DNA of 63,526 nucleotides, filler included, from Streblomastix strix (lineage: Eukaryota): assembly GCA_008636045.1 (NCBI GenBank). It is 4 parts of 4 records of this genome, joined end to end, with 100 filler letters (N's around TTAATTAATTAA, not from the genome) between each part and the next. Parts side by side here need not be neighbours in the genome. Positions count along the whole stretch, not along the records: positions 1 to 15,819 come from SNRW01000930.1; positions 15,920 to 31,722 come from SNRW01000932.1; 2 more parts are not named here. One strand, given 5' to 3'. Below, piece after piece: positions 11,032 to 24,419 of this stretch. A program made the translations under genes and the position numbers. Below the pieces are notes generated by a model. That model was not told the DNA's origin and ran no database searches. It was given only the letters and a program-made list of their open reading frames with translations. Each line of letters begins with the position of its first letter. The first letter of the stretch is position 1.

Positions 11032-12482
11032 ATGATTGTATCTAAAAAAATGTATTACTAAGCAGAATGTTTGAATAAATCTACAAAAAAATGCATTTAA
11101 TAAGAAAAAAATCAAAATTCTTGTTGTTAATCAAATAATACGAACATAAATCTAACTAATTCAGATAAAATTCTGAAACAAAGCAAATGTATGCAATGAG
11201 TGAATATATTAATTAGTCAATCTCTACAGTAAAAAACGACAAGTTGAACACATATTTAAATAGAAGTCGAATTAATTAGCCATATTTTTTGTTTACATGT
11301 ATTAGATACTTTTGAAATTACATTTGATATTTATTCATGATATAGAATCACATCTTAGGTAGCTTTTGGAGCAAATATCGTATATGATTTAACTATTCTT
11401 TTTTAATCGATCAAACTTTTTTAATATCTATAGTTTTGAATATATTGAAAAATTTAAGGGCAGCGTATATAATTTTATCAAGCAAAACATAAATCTAAAT
11501 TTAATATGCAAAATAATTAAAAATTCGAATTCCTATCAAATTATTTAACAATTTCTTTAACAAATCGTTTCTTTATTTTTTAACTGTAATTCTTTACTTA
11601 ATAAATATTGCTTGTTTGAGCAGATTATGAAATTAGTTTATGTAATACCAAATTTGTGAATCAATAATGTGAAACAAAACAAATGAATGATAAAGATTAA
11701 TGGAAGGAATTGAATTAAATATATGAGTATGATATATGAATATTATTAATGGATTTAATTAATAGAAGTAATCATGCAAATAATGAAGGTTTATTATAAA
11801 TTGAGACGGATTATACAATTAGAATAAATGAAGAATTATCCTCATCGTAATATTTAAAATGAAATAAACTAATTAAAACAAATTTTATACAAAAATTGAT
11901 GGAATAGAAATTAATATTTTTTAATCTCGGGCATTTTAAACTCTGCCGGTAGATACTGGTTAATAGTTTCGGGAAAATTATCCACTATTAATTATAGATT
12001 TAATTAATAAAATTATCCCTTCAAAAAAATAAAGATCTGAATTTTACAGCTATATTCTCTAAATACTTTAACACCAATATTTACAGATATTATCACGGTA
12101 AGGTATATTTTCAATGCTCTTAAATATTCAGCAGCCACATTTTAATTATCTTACATTATTAATATCTCCTTCGTCGTGAGTTTATAAAAAATCGTGCTAC
12201 TACACATAACATCGCTTACCATTTATGCATATGCTAATATTAATCAATAAAATTTTAATTGCTGTTGATTTTTCCACCTTCATTTATATCATTGACTTAA
12301 CCTGCGCATAATTCTACCGGCTTAAAATAATTTTTTAAAAATTATGTTTTTATTTGCTATCTTTCACTATTATCAATGTATTCCAACTATTTTTTATTTC
12401 AAAATATCACTTCTTTATTTTATTCAAATAAATTAGCAAAATCCTTATATTTTAACTTTATTTTTTTATATAAAACTTTAGA

Positions 12483-14747
12483 ATGATGAATAATAACGAA
12501 TTTAATATATAATCTGCTGGTTATTAAATTAATCCTGTTAGTTCTACTTTTCCTTCATCTTCTAATCCGTCTCTTTTTTCTAATTTTATTACTCCATAGC
12601 TCTTTGCAACAACCCCCGCTCAACTACAAAATCCACCACCTGTACTTTAAATTTCTTCGTAGGATATTCCTCAATACAGTTAGAAATATATAGTTGTTTA
12701 TGTGCCTGTTTTGCGCTTAGGGTAGGTAGCTCCATTTAATTCATCACCTCTTGTATAGACTCAATTTGCAAACTAAAACCTTTACTATCAAAATTAAGTA
12801 CCAAATTTTATTTAAAACACAAATAACTTTGGAGTTAATTAAGACTACTAAAATGGAATCAATGATTTAATGCATTTCATTGGAAATACAATATCTTCTC
12901 CATTTATACCTCAATAATAAGTATAATCATATTCTCCTCCTCCTTTATCAGCATCTGAACTCAATTACTATGATATTAATAAATATCCAAATAATACAAA
13001 TCCTTAATAGAAATACATTAGAAGACAATAAAATTAACTGTATATACCAACAAAATAGAAGGAAATACCAAGATCAATGAATTAACTGTTTGAACTATAG
13101 AGAGAAATTGAAATAATGAATATTATTGGAGACAAAATGAAGAAATTTGCTGAATTACATAAACTCATTATTGGAATGGATGAAAATGATATATAAGCTT
13201 CAATTAATCAGAACTTCTTCATTTGGCTGAAAGATCATTTCTTCTCTTCTTAATATATTATTCAGCTTGAAATAATAACAATGCTCCAAGATATCATCTA
13301 TAGAGGAGAATAAATATCACCAAGTAAGAAAAAGAGCATATTCTTCAGACCTTTGAATAGATCAAGGTTTTTGTGGGGTATTCATATTCTAATAAATAAA
13401 TAAGCTGAAATACAAGAAAAGAGCAAAGATTAATAATATGAAGATTCTGAATTTATGCAAAAATGTTTGGATGTATTGTTTGGTGTAATGAGAGAGAGAT
13501 ATATGGTAGAAGAATAGCTTCGTGAAATATGTGGAAAAGTACTTATTCATTGTCTGAACAAACTTATAACATATTTAATTGAAGCAAGTAAGACATTGAA
13601 GACTCAACCACACTTAGGAATAATGACAAGTAATAGATTTAGTGATGAAATGAGAAGAGGAATATAAACTCTTCATACACTCAGTTGTGCAACTTAGAAT
13701 AAAATTACACAGAACTTCTTAGTTGAAAAATTTAGAATTCATGAAGCAATTACGCCTCTACTACATATTAATTGTGATTATCTTGCTTGCGAACATCGTA
13801 TTTAATTGCCTTTCTCTTTAAAATTAGAGAAATTACAATTAGCTATTCTTGATGCTGTTTCATCACTTTGTGAGAAAGATGAAGTAATTTAGGCATATCT
13901 TGTATAGGAAGTTCGACTCATTCCTCATCTGAGTTAAATTCTTATAACTTTTGCCTCTTAATTGTGTCCCAACTTTAAATAATCTAAATTTGAAAACTTT
14001 CAATCATCTCCACAATCAATATAATCTCCCTTATAATAACCAGAAACAATTGAATAATTAAAATAAAGTGAAACATCAGATAAATCAAATACATCGCATA
14101 CAAATCCAATTTAACATTCAACATCGACATAATCTCCATAAAGCCAAAATTCTTCTTAGCCTTCAGGAACTGCTGCAATACGAATAACATAATAATTGTA
14201 TTATGCTGTACTTGAACTTCTTGAATATATTCTTGATGGTAATAGATTATCTGCTGAAGGGATTTGCTTTGAGCCAAGTCTTGTTTCAGCATTTGCAGCT
14301 CTTTCTCAAGTTCAGAGGAAGTAGTCAAATTAATTTATATTGGATGAGTAAGTTGCAGTTGAAATCAGAATTAGAAGTATTTGGTATTTGAGATAAGTCT
14401 AGATGAATGGAGGAGACAAAGTTTAGAGATCTTTAGTAAAGGATGGTATATATACAAAACGAGTTCTTACTGATGCTATTTCAAGCAGTGGAGGAAATAG
14501 TGAGGATTGTGTTGATGTTATCAAAGAATCATTATTTGGGTTGACTTAGCTAATTATGACACTTCGAGAAGGGAACAGCATTTGTTAAGGATAGACTACT
14601 CTCCTTGAACTCGTAACTGAACAGCTAGAAGAAGAAGGTGCAGTTCAGGAAGTTGATGCATAAGTGTTTTGTACTAAAGAATTAATTACTTCAGGTGTAC
14701 GTGCCACAGCAATACAGACGCAAACTAGACTAATATTTTATATTTGA
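12483..14747 (+). CDS. ARM/helical-repeat-like protein of a lineage-expanded family (754 aa, intronless, Q/P-rich N-terminus)
   Basis: Uninterrupted frame with TAR=Q; shares PLLHINC..C..RI..P and C-terminal EQLEEEG..EV motifs with 61805-63515. Confidence 0.75.
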
Positions 14748-15468
14748 TAACTAGAAGGAAATAATCTTAGAGTTTTTCTTTGCTTTCTATCTTTTTTGTG
14801 ATAAGGATAATAAATTTTTAGCTATCAGAATATTTAGTTATTGATTTTGATATTGTTGATATAAAATTGACTATATATTTCTAACAACATTGTGCAAATG
14901 TGAGGATCTTGTGAAATAGAAACATGAATTTATGTGATTAAAATAATCTTGATCTCAATCTAGAATCAGCACTTATGTATTTTTTATTTGGATATCCTAA
15001 TATGATGTGAAATATATTTATTTGTCTTTCTTTAGCATAAATATCTATTTTCTGATTCAGAATCGTTCATTCTATTCACGAGCTTCGCACCGTTCATCCA
15101 ATATATAGATTGCAATTTGATATATCTTTTTATCTACTAGAAACCAATTCTAATATAATTTATACTTATTGAATAATATTTAACCACCATGGTGCAATAA
15201 TATAACACCGAAGAATATTTTTATTTAAACGCATATTGAGCATCATCCAGTTCTATTCTTAACATGGAATTGCAATTATTTTTTGTGTTTCCAATTTTCT
15301 GATCGAATATAGATGTCATAATACCAACAATAAAATAACCTATGATTAAATATCTGAAAACACTCAAAATACTTCGTATCATTCTTTTGAATAATTTACC
15401 AAACCAAATTGTACATATTATTTTAACATAATATGTAAATTAATATTATTTAATAATTATGATTTAGA

Positions 15469-15819
15469 ATGGACACTCAAGATTCAAACTTGGGTTAGGG
15501 AGTAAAACGTTCGGTAGTAAGAGAGCGAGTAAGACAGCGCGGACACGATATGATTTTTCTTGAACATGCTGATGATACAGACAGAACCCCACTAGAACCT
15601 GATATTATACCAGTTCCGCGACAAAGAGGAATCCCTGTGAGTTCACGCGGATAAAAAAAGAATGAAAAGCGTTAAACAGAATCAACAAACTCAACTAATA
15701 TTTCTCCATAATTCTAGACATATCCTGCTTAATAACCTGTTTATACTCCGCCATTTTAGTAACCTTATCCATCTCCTTATCCTGCAGTTTATCCACCTCC
15801 TTATGGAGCTTTATATCCT
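15469..15819 (+). CDS. Hypothetical P/Y/Q-rich protein, N-terminus (truncated by contig end)
   Basis: MDTQDSNLGQGVKRSVVRERVRQRGH...QPYPSPYPAVYPPPYGALYP, open up to the gap. Confidence 0.55.
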
Positions 15820-15919
15820 NNNNNNNNNNNNNNNNNNNNNNNNNNNNNNNNNNNNNNNNNNNNTTAATTAATTAANNNNNNNNNNNNNNNNNNNNNNNNN
15901 NNNNNNNNNNNNNNNNNNN
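15820..15919. other. Artificial contig linker (N44-TTAATTAATTAA-N44)
   Basis: The same 100-nt spacer occurs three times. Confidence 0.97.
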
Positions 15920-16080
15920 CACCCATTTATTTAATCTAATCATCTTCTAGATTTTATTTATAAAAGTAGAGTGAATTGAACATCCAAATTGTTAATAAAT
16001 AACAAATAACTCATTTATTATATTTATTATGATTTTTTTTTCTAAAAAGTTTTTTTTAAATCAACAACATTAATGCAAAG

Positions 16081-16350
16081 GAAGATTAATTTGGATATGA
16101 TGATGATGAAGATGATGAAGAAGGAATAGATAAAGAAGATGATAAAATGAAGTTGAATGTATTGAGACGTTTAAAATAAGAGAATGAAGCTGAGAAAGAT
16201 ATTGATGAAGATGAATAAAAGAAGAATAGATTAGATTAAATGTAGAAGGATATTAATTCTGATGATGATTCAAATGCAAGTAGTGAAGAAGAACAAGAAG
16301 ATGATGGGAATAAAACTTCATCAAAATAAAGAATGAAAAAGGACAAATGA
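16081..16350 (+). CDS. Acidic C-terminal exon of a gene truncated by contig start
   Basis: EDQFGYDDDEDDEEGIDKEDDKMKLNVLRRLKQENEAEK...MKKDK then TGA 16348-16350. Confidence 0.5.
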
Positions 16351-16651
16351 AAATCATTTTGTAATTAATAAAAATAAATTCATTCAAAAAATATGTAAAT
16401 ATCAAAATTTGATATTTTGGTTTATATTTATTCTCCAAGTGCATATGTTGTGCAAGTGAATTGAATAGCGAAACAGAAAAAGAAATCAAAATGATTGTGA
16501 AAGTGAGAAATAATTTCTTATATGTGAAATCAAATGAATATATAATCTTCCTTGCGATGTTGAATGATACGGAAAATAATATTCATTCATTAGTATATCA
16601 AATTATTTATTCCAATTGAATTTATTTTTCATTTGTTCTGTTTATATTATT

Positions 16652-17484
16652 TCATATTCTATTCACCAAGATATGTTTAATGATAATGGAAAGCGGAATA
16701 CGTCCTTCTGTTTTGATTTTCTTTATTAAATAGATTCTTCTTAGCCAATGATCCTTATATAAAACTTTCATTGGATCTTTTTATGCTACAAGATCAGATG
16801 ATTTTGGACTATTCAATTGATCAGATGATTTTGGAATAGAAGATGAAACTTAGTAAGAAGTAATTTTTATTGGTGGAACTGTTGCAGTTTTTGAAAAGTC
16901 GGATTACTGGTTTCCATTTGAAGTTGGTGTTGAACTTGATGAATTCGAACATCTTGATTCTTCTGAAGTTAATTCAATGAATGAACCACTCACTTTTGAT
17001 GAATTTGAACTCTTTGAATTCAGCATTATTGAGTTTTGAGCACTTCTTGTAACTTATTGTTCAGCATTTGAAGTTAAAAAGTCCAAATCTATTTCATTAA
17101 AGAAATCTCCAATTTAAATGTTGTTTGAAGGGCTCGATCTCGTTTATTCAATGCAATCTCTATTAGAATGAGTAGAGTGATGGTTTCCATCATCTGCTCC
17201 AACAGCAGCAGAATCATTGCGATTTTGCTCGATTTCATGTTAATCTCTTTTTGGATCAGATGGATTTAGGGTATGAGCAACATATATAGTTGAAAAATGT
17301 AAATAATACTGAATATCAGGGCATACTAATTGTTCTACCTACGAGAATGTCTTGATTAAACAGGAGCATCCGTTCTTTCTCTCAAATTAAGTGGATTTCC
17401 GTTATTCCCTTGCGCTGGCCTTAGATCAACTTCATGTATCTCAGATGCTTGGCAAGGATTCATATTTTTTGTGCGTCTAGACAT
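16652..17484 (-). CDS. Hypothetical Ser-rich protein, probably one intron; boundaries uncertain
   Basis: Two open minus-strand segments (MSRRTKNMNPCQ... and VAHTLNPSDPKRDQ...HWLRRIYL) with TAR=Q; no domain recognised. Confidence 0.4.
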
Positions 17485-17868
17485 TGGGGATTATTATTGA
17501 ATTAATTAGGTTATCCAATTTTGGGTTTTAACCCTCGCAATCTCCCTGAGCCATCGCAGGCATAATTAACATTCAGATTTGGCAAACACATTTATATTAA
17601 TTTACTCTATTTATATCAACCATGCAAGTTGGAATAGCAATGTGTGGGCCGAGAAATTTTGTATTTTTCAATCTGCCCCAATATTCATCATTGATATCAG
17701 AATCACCAAAAATAATATAAATGTAATAATTTCAATTCATTTTTAGTATAAATTTGTTTATTTATAAAGTCTCCAATTTCAGTTTAAAAATAATCTGTAC
17801 ACTCATTTTTTGTAATTATTAACTCAAAATTTAATAATTTTATTATTTATTAGTTAGATACAGAAATT

Positions 17869-20800
17869 ATGAGTTAGTCATTTAACGAGAAAACTAACTT
17901 TACAGATACAACTGACTCCAATTCTCTTTGGACTGCTGGCGAGTTGTAGAGAGAAGCAGGTAAATATTTTGATGGCGTTCTGAGTAGTAATTAATAGGAG
18001 GAAATTATTAATTTACTTATTCCTTTTGTCACTTCAAAGAAGGCTAAAGAGGAGGGAAAAAACGAATAATCCTAAGATTCTGGATTAAACACTCAGGAAA
18101 AGGATATTGAAACATTGAAAGTTAATTAATTAATTTCTGCCCTTGCCAAACTTCATTTTGAATAGGAATCCAAGTTGAAAAAATAGAACCCTTTTGATAG
18201 ACAATCGTCTTCATTAACTAATATCCGAAAACTTCAACCAACCAATAACATGTCATTGATACCCCGCTCTCCATTGATTGCTCTGCCTTCTCCAGCCTCT
18301 TCATTAATATCAAATGCAGATTTATTCAATTTATCAGTTACCTCTAATCATTTGATGAATCAGGCACCAAGTCCATCTCATTTATAGCTTTAATCAACTC
18401 CAATATCATTATCTTCTTTCCCTCTTTTGACAACTCCTATTGTTTAGTAAACAAGTGCTGATATAAGAGGATCAAATATTGACAATAATATAATAAAGAC
18501 TAATAAAAATATTGGATATAACCCATGTCTATAAGTATAATAACCAACTCTATCTTCAACGCCCCATAAATTGACTGTAGGACCAAAAGAGAATGTATAT
18601 AATTCTGCATTAGCATCAAAAGTACTTGCAGAGAAAGCTCTTCCTCAGCTTGCACATCCATTAGATTCATCATCTGACTTAGCATTAATTAGATCACTGC
18701 ATCCATATCCAATATCTACTAAATGGAAAGGTACTCTAGTGATGCAGAGTACAGTTGGTAGTGTTGCTGATAGAAATGGGAAATTGATGGAAGATGAATG
18801 TCTAGCCTGTTCTATTAATGGAGGAACAGGGAAGAGCGGATCCATTCGAAGTGTAGCAACTGTATTTGATGGTCATTCATACAACAACAAAGCTGGTAGA
18901 GATGTAGCTTCATTTGCAAGAGATAGAATGTGGTCTACAATTATAAGGAAACACATGACTATGGTTGAATCTGGAGAAGCACAAGGAGCTGAAATCAATT
19001 CAGGAAGATTGGGTGCATATCATCCTTAGTTATAAGAGAATACTTCAAAGTAATACATTAAGTTTATATCTGATTATAATGATGTACTCAAAGATGATGA
19101 ATTAGTAGTAGAGAAAGAAGTAGGGATATCAATGCAACATGCATTTGAGGAGATTGCAGAAGAAATGAGGACAATTGGAGCAGGTGATGCAGATTCCGAC
19201 AGTGACTACTTCATTCATGCAGGATGTACAGCATCTGCAGCTGCTGTTGTTGCTGCCCCAGACAGTTACAATGAGATTGGATAACCAACTGCACATCCAA
19301 TTGCATCTCTTAGATTGGAATCTTTCTTCTCAAAGGAGAAAGAGAGGAAGATGATTACTGATGCTGAGAAGAAGGAGTTAAAAGATTCTATTGGGAAAGA
19401 CAAGAAATAAGTGAGTGATATGGAATAGGATGAAGAAGATGATGATATCAATGAATATATAGTTGCTGGTACATATGGATTGGTTACAGCTAATATTGGA
19501 GATAGTGAGATATATATGTTCTCCTCATTACCTCCTTCAAACCCATAATAATCTGGATCAATTAAGAATAAGAGAGAATAAATAAAAGAAGACTAAGAAG
19601 ATACTCCAAGTAGTACTTATTCCCCATTTAATCTGCCATTAGAGTTATCATATGCACATAAAGCCACTGATCCAAGGGAGTAGAAGAGATGCTAAGATAG
19701 TGGTGGGATTGTGCAATCTTTTGATATGGAGTAATTTGGACCAATGAATTCACCCATGTAATTAAAAGCGATGGGATAATTGAGTGAGATGATGAACTAA
19801 ACAAGAGTGAATGGATTGGCTGTAACAAGAGCATTTGGAGATTATGGATCTAAATAGACAATTAAAGTACCTTATATCAGGATGATTAAATTGAGACCCC
19901 TATTTGAGGATCCAAGGAGTGTTGTATTAAATAGAAATAGTATATAGAATGAGAAGTTGGATAATATCAATAGCAATGGACAAGAAGTGACAGAATCAAT
20001 CAATTAATAATAATAATAATAACAAACAGATACATCATCATCATCTAAATAAGGATAAGATAAGTAATTTAAAGGGAAGAGACAACCACTTCCACAGTGG
20101 GTAGTACTCGCTAGTGATGGATTCTGGGATGTCATTAGTCCAGAATTATGCTCAGAGTTAATACCACGTATAATTGATTAGTATGCTGTAGTATAAAAGA
20201 GGTATGATACATTAAGAGATATTATGTTACTAAGTTCAGCATGTTAGAATGAAAGTGCATCTCTTATATCAGAGGTTAAGGAAGATGAAACACGACCACT
20301 GAAGAAATCAAGTAGTTAATAAGGAATGGCAACACTTACATAACAGCAGATAAAATAATTCACTTCAATATATAACAATGGATCAGTAGATGACTTCTCA
20401 TGTTCTAAAGATGGTCATACTCCCAATAAATAGACTGAAGAATAGAACACATCTCCAATTGACAAGAAGAAATAAGAATAATCTGATCTTGCTTCAACAT
20501 CCAAGACTTAGAGTGATCATCCTACTCTAAGGGCTCGCTTAAAGAAGGCATAAACAGCTTTGAACTATTCTTCATCATAATCTTAGATTAATTTAGAATC
20601 AAATTCGCAAACATCTTCATTTGAATAATTAATTGGTTATAAACCAGTTCCAGTTCCATAACAATATTTCTATGTATCTGCACAAGAAGCAGCAGTTGCT
20701 CTATTTGATGCAAAAGCTGCCAGTATTACAGCCTAAGAAATGGCTCAATTACTCTTATAAGCATCACTTGATGTATATAAATAGAAAGGACATACAAAGA

Positions 20801-21738
20801 TATTACCTGAAGCACCTCCTCCTTCTCATAAGGATAATGTATCTGTTGATGTTATTAAGATATCCTGGATTCCATTTGATGTTATAACTGAAGATCCGCA
20901 ACAGATTCCTCCTCATTTGTTACAATTGGGGAAATAAATATTTCCTTTTTATTCAACACAAAAAGGAATATAGCTCCCAGCAAGTAGATTCTAAAGCTCA
21001 GGTTCATAAGGATTCTTACCAAAAGCTGAGACTGATAATCCAACATCTTCATCTTTTTCTTAATCTTTTTCTTCTTTTTCTTCTTCATCATCTTCTTCTT
21101 CATCTTCTTCTTCATCTTCTTCATATTCTTCATCATCATCTTCTTCATCTTCTTCTTCATCATCTTCTTCATCTTCATCTTCTTCTTAATCAATAACTCA
21201 TTCTCTTTAAATTAACATTCCATCCACACAATAATAATAACCTACTATGTCACCTGGTCCATTGAATACTCCATAAGCAGATAAGAAAGACAAATAAATA
21301 AAAGGATCAAATACAAATAAGGAAAAGAGTAAACATAAAGAGAAGGAGGAATTGGAAGATAAATCAGATTCACCTGAAAAGAATAGAAAAATAAAAGAAA
21401 AGGAAAAAGATAAGGATAAAGAAAAAGATAAAGAAAAAGAGAAATCAAAAGATAAGGAGAAAGATAAAGATAAAGATAAAGATAAAGATAAGGATAAAGA
21501 TAAATTAAAAGACAAAACAAAAGATAAGGAAAAAGAAAAAGATTAAAAAGATTCTAAAAAGAAAGAAGACAGTAAAAAGAAGGTAAATGAAGAAGGAGAT
21601 TAATAGAAAGATAAAATTGAATCTAAAACATCAGAAAAAAGTAAATCAGAAACAAAGAAGGACAAAGAGAAAAGTTCTGATCATAAGAAGGAGGGCAGTT
21701 TTGACCACAAAAGTAAAAAAGAAGATAAAGTGAAATGA
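17869..21738 (+). CDS. Protein phosphatase 2C (PPM family) with large low-complexity insertions, 1289 aa
   Basis: PPM motifs in order in one frame: RNGKLMEDE, VFDGHS, AGCTA, ANIGDS, GLAVTRAFGD, VLASDGFWD, KDNVSV; Ser-rich and (KD/KE)n tail. Confidence 0.92.
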
Positions 21739-22470
21739 AATCAATAATACTCTTCTTTGAACTCATATTATATATTTTTTCTTATGTATATTCAAACTTT
21801 TCAGTTTTTATCTTAAATAATTTTAAATATTAATAGATATATAATATTAATAGGCATGCTATTTTTGAAACTTTTTTATTGAAATCAAGTTGAAAATTTG
21901 ATTCAAAGTATCCTATTGCGAATATTATATATAAATTTTTGATAATTTAATTATTAAAGTTCCAAGACTTATTAATTCGTAAAAACTATGTTATTAATCA
22001 CTGAAACATGAAATAATAACTATATTTTTTTTATACTTTGATTTATCTCCAGATTAAGCCCGGAATTTGACAATCAAAATTCCTGAAATAAATATTAAAT
22101 TGTATTTGAACAAGATTGAATTTATTTGCTTAGTAGATTAATTTGACATTAAAATTAGCATAAAATCTCCATATAATATATTTGATGATAAAGCAAACAT
22201 TTAATTGCTAAAAAGATAACTCAAACAATTTTCATGATTTTTCTTACATTATTTTGGAATAACTTACACTTTTCAATTCCAATTTCATGACATTTATTTA
22301 TTAAATAATTTAATCCTTTCATCATTATCAACTTTATTTACCTTATTTATATCATTATTCCATCATTATTTTTATTTTTATTATTTTTAAACTGTAATAT
22401 TTTCTCATTTTATTTGCTGAAACATATAATAATAGATATTCAAAATTATATAAATTATACGTTATTATCC

Positions 22471-23582
22471 ATGGAGCGAAAAAGAGGACGTACAACAACT
22501 ATTGCACCTGCCTAAATACGAAAAAAATTAGCATCAAACACAGAGGATGCATAAAAGAAGAAAGTTGTTTTAGCTCCTTAATTTGCATAACGATTGATGA
22601 AAGAGCTAAAAATGATACAATCATAACCTCTTGACTTCATTAAATTAGATGAACACATAGAGGATATGTCACAGTATGCAATTAATTCTTACATTTCAAT
22701 ACTTATTAATATAATTACTTTCAGAATACTCGTATATTTATCTGGACCTAAAGACTCAATATTTGAAGGAGAGAACTTTACTCTTTCTATTTAAATAACT
22801 GATTAATATCCAATGGAATCACCTATAGTTGTTTTTGTTCCTCCAATGGTGCCAAAACATGAAGTATTATTATTTATTTATATTTTAAATATTTATTTAT
22901 ATTTTAAATATTTATTTATATTTTAAATATTTATTTATATTTTAAATATTTATTTATATTTTAAATATTTATTTATATTTTAAATATTTATTTATATTTT
23001 AAATATTTATTTATATTTTNNNNNNNNNNTTATTTATATTTTAAATATTTATTTATATTTTAAATATTTATTTATATTTTAAATATTTATTTATATTTTA
23101 AATATTTATTTATATTTTAAATATTTATTTATATTTTAAATATTTATTTATATTTTTATGTATTTATTTATATTTGTATCTATTTATTTATATTTGTATC
23201 TATTTATATTTGTATCTATTTATTTATATTTTTATCTATTTATTTATATTTGTATCTATTTGTTTATATTTTTATCTATTTATTTATATTTGTATCTATT
23301 AAGCATGTCTACTCAAATGGGCACATATGCCTATCTATATTATATGATCAATGGACACCAACAATTGGAATTCGGGGTATATGTCTAAGTATTGTAAGTA
23401 TGTTAGCTTCAGCAAAAGTGAAGGTATACTAATTTATTATTCTTCAATTATTCTTCAATTATTTATTATTTATCATTATTTGGTTGAATCAGAAAAGGCC
23501 TCCTGATGATAAAGATTATTCTAAGACTGCTTCAGATAATCCAAAGTTGACTTAATGGGATTTCCACGATAAATTTGTATGA
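22471..23582 (+). CDS. UBE2W: Ubiquitin-conjugating enzyme E2 W-like, 4 exons
   Basis: QRLMKEL, GPKDSIFEGE, YPMESP, HEHVYSNGHICLSIL.DQW, C-terminal WDFHD; introns ~22674-22724, 22864-23303, ~23424-23492. Confidence 0.9.
22872..23300 (+). repeat. Intronic minisatellite: 19-nt TTTATTTATATTTTAAATA unit grading into ~20-nt TTTATTTATATTTGTATCTA
   Basis: Tandem array visible directly, with a 10-N gap at 23020-23029. Confidence 0.92.
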
Positions 23583-24419
23583 AATTAATTGAATAAAATA
23601 ATTATGAATAATTTATAGTATTTTTTTTGTAATACTGCATTATCATTATTTTTCTTACTATTCTTCATTTATTAGTGCTGAAATATTTCTTTAGATTCGA
23701 ATAAACCAATTTAATATATCATTAGAATTTGACATGAAAATATTATCAATCCTTCACTATTCATTTCATATAAAATCATTGGTTACCCTCATTTCATGTG
23801 ATCAATTAAACTTTACATATATTCTGTTATTAATACAATTTTACTTATTTATGAGCATTTATTTGGTAATATTATTTAAGTTGTTATTCATGATTAACTC
23901 TTGAAATATTTATTTCTTTATTTATCAAACACAACAAAGGTAAATATAATATTTCTGAGTATTCTATATTTGCTAGTTCAAAATTAATATAAAATAAAAT
24001 ATATCAGTCATGCTTTAATTTAATCGTAATTATAGGGAATTGTAAATCTAGTTTTTAAATGTATTCATCAATCAATCTTGAGGAATATTTTGATAAATAA
24101 TAATAAGTATATATTTTCTTAGAATAAACTACATAAATTTATACTTTTTCTATACCTATAACTGGAAATACGAAATTTACTCTTTGCTGATAGAGCATGA
24201 TGTTTTATTATTACTTTTATATGTCTATTATGGACCAAATACTAACTTAAGCATATATTAAGTAAATTTTATAAATATAAAACATTACAAACAGTACTAT
24301 ATGGTTAAATAATTATATTTTTTATAATGAATTTATCTACTCCAATTTTAATTTTTATACAAAGATAATTATGTTTATTAAAATTTATAATATTTTATAT
24401 ATAATATAGTTATAAACAA

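Noticed and set aside
11032..12480. Possible degraded coding sequence or element terminus
   Set aside because: Only short TGA-interrupted frames; no terminal repeat, TSD or domain recognised.
15864..15875. TTAATTAATTAA palindrome recurring every ~15.9 kb
   Set aside because: Embedded in N runs; an artificial assembly spacer, not biological periodicity.
20882..21546. Minus-strand K/M-rich, LS-repeat and YL-repeat ORFs
   Set aside because: Antisense shadows of the poly-Ser and KD tail of the PP2C gene.
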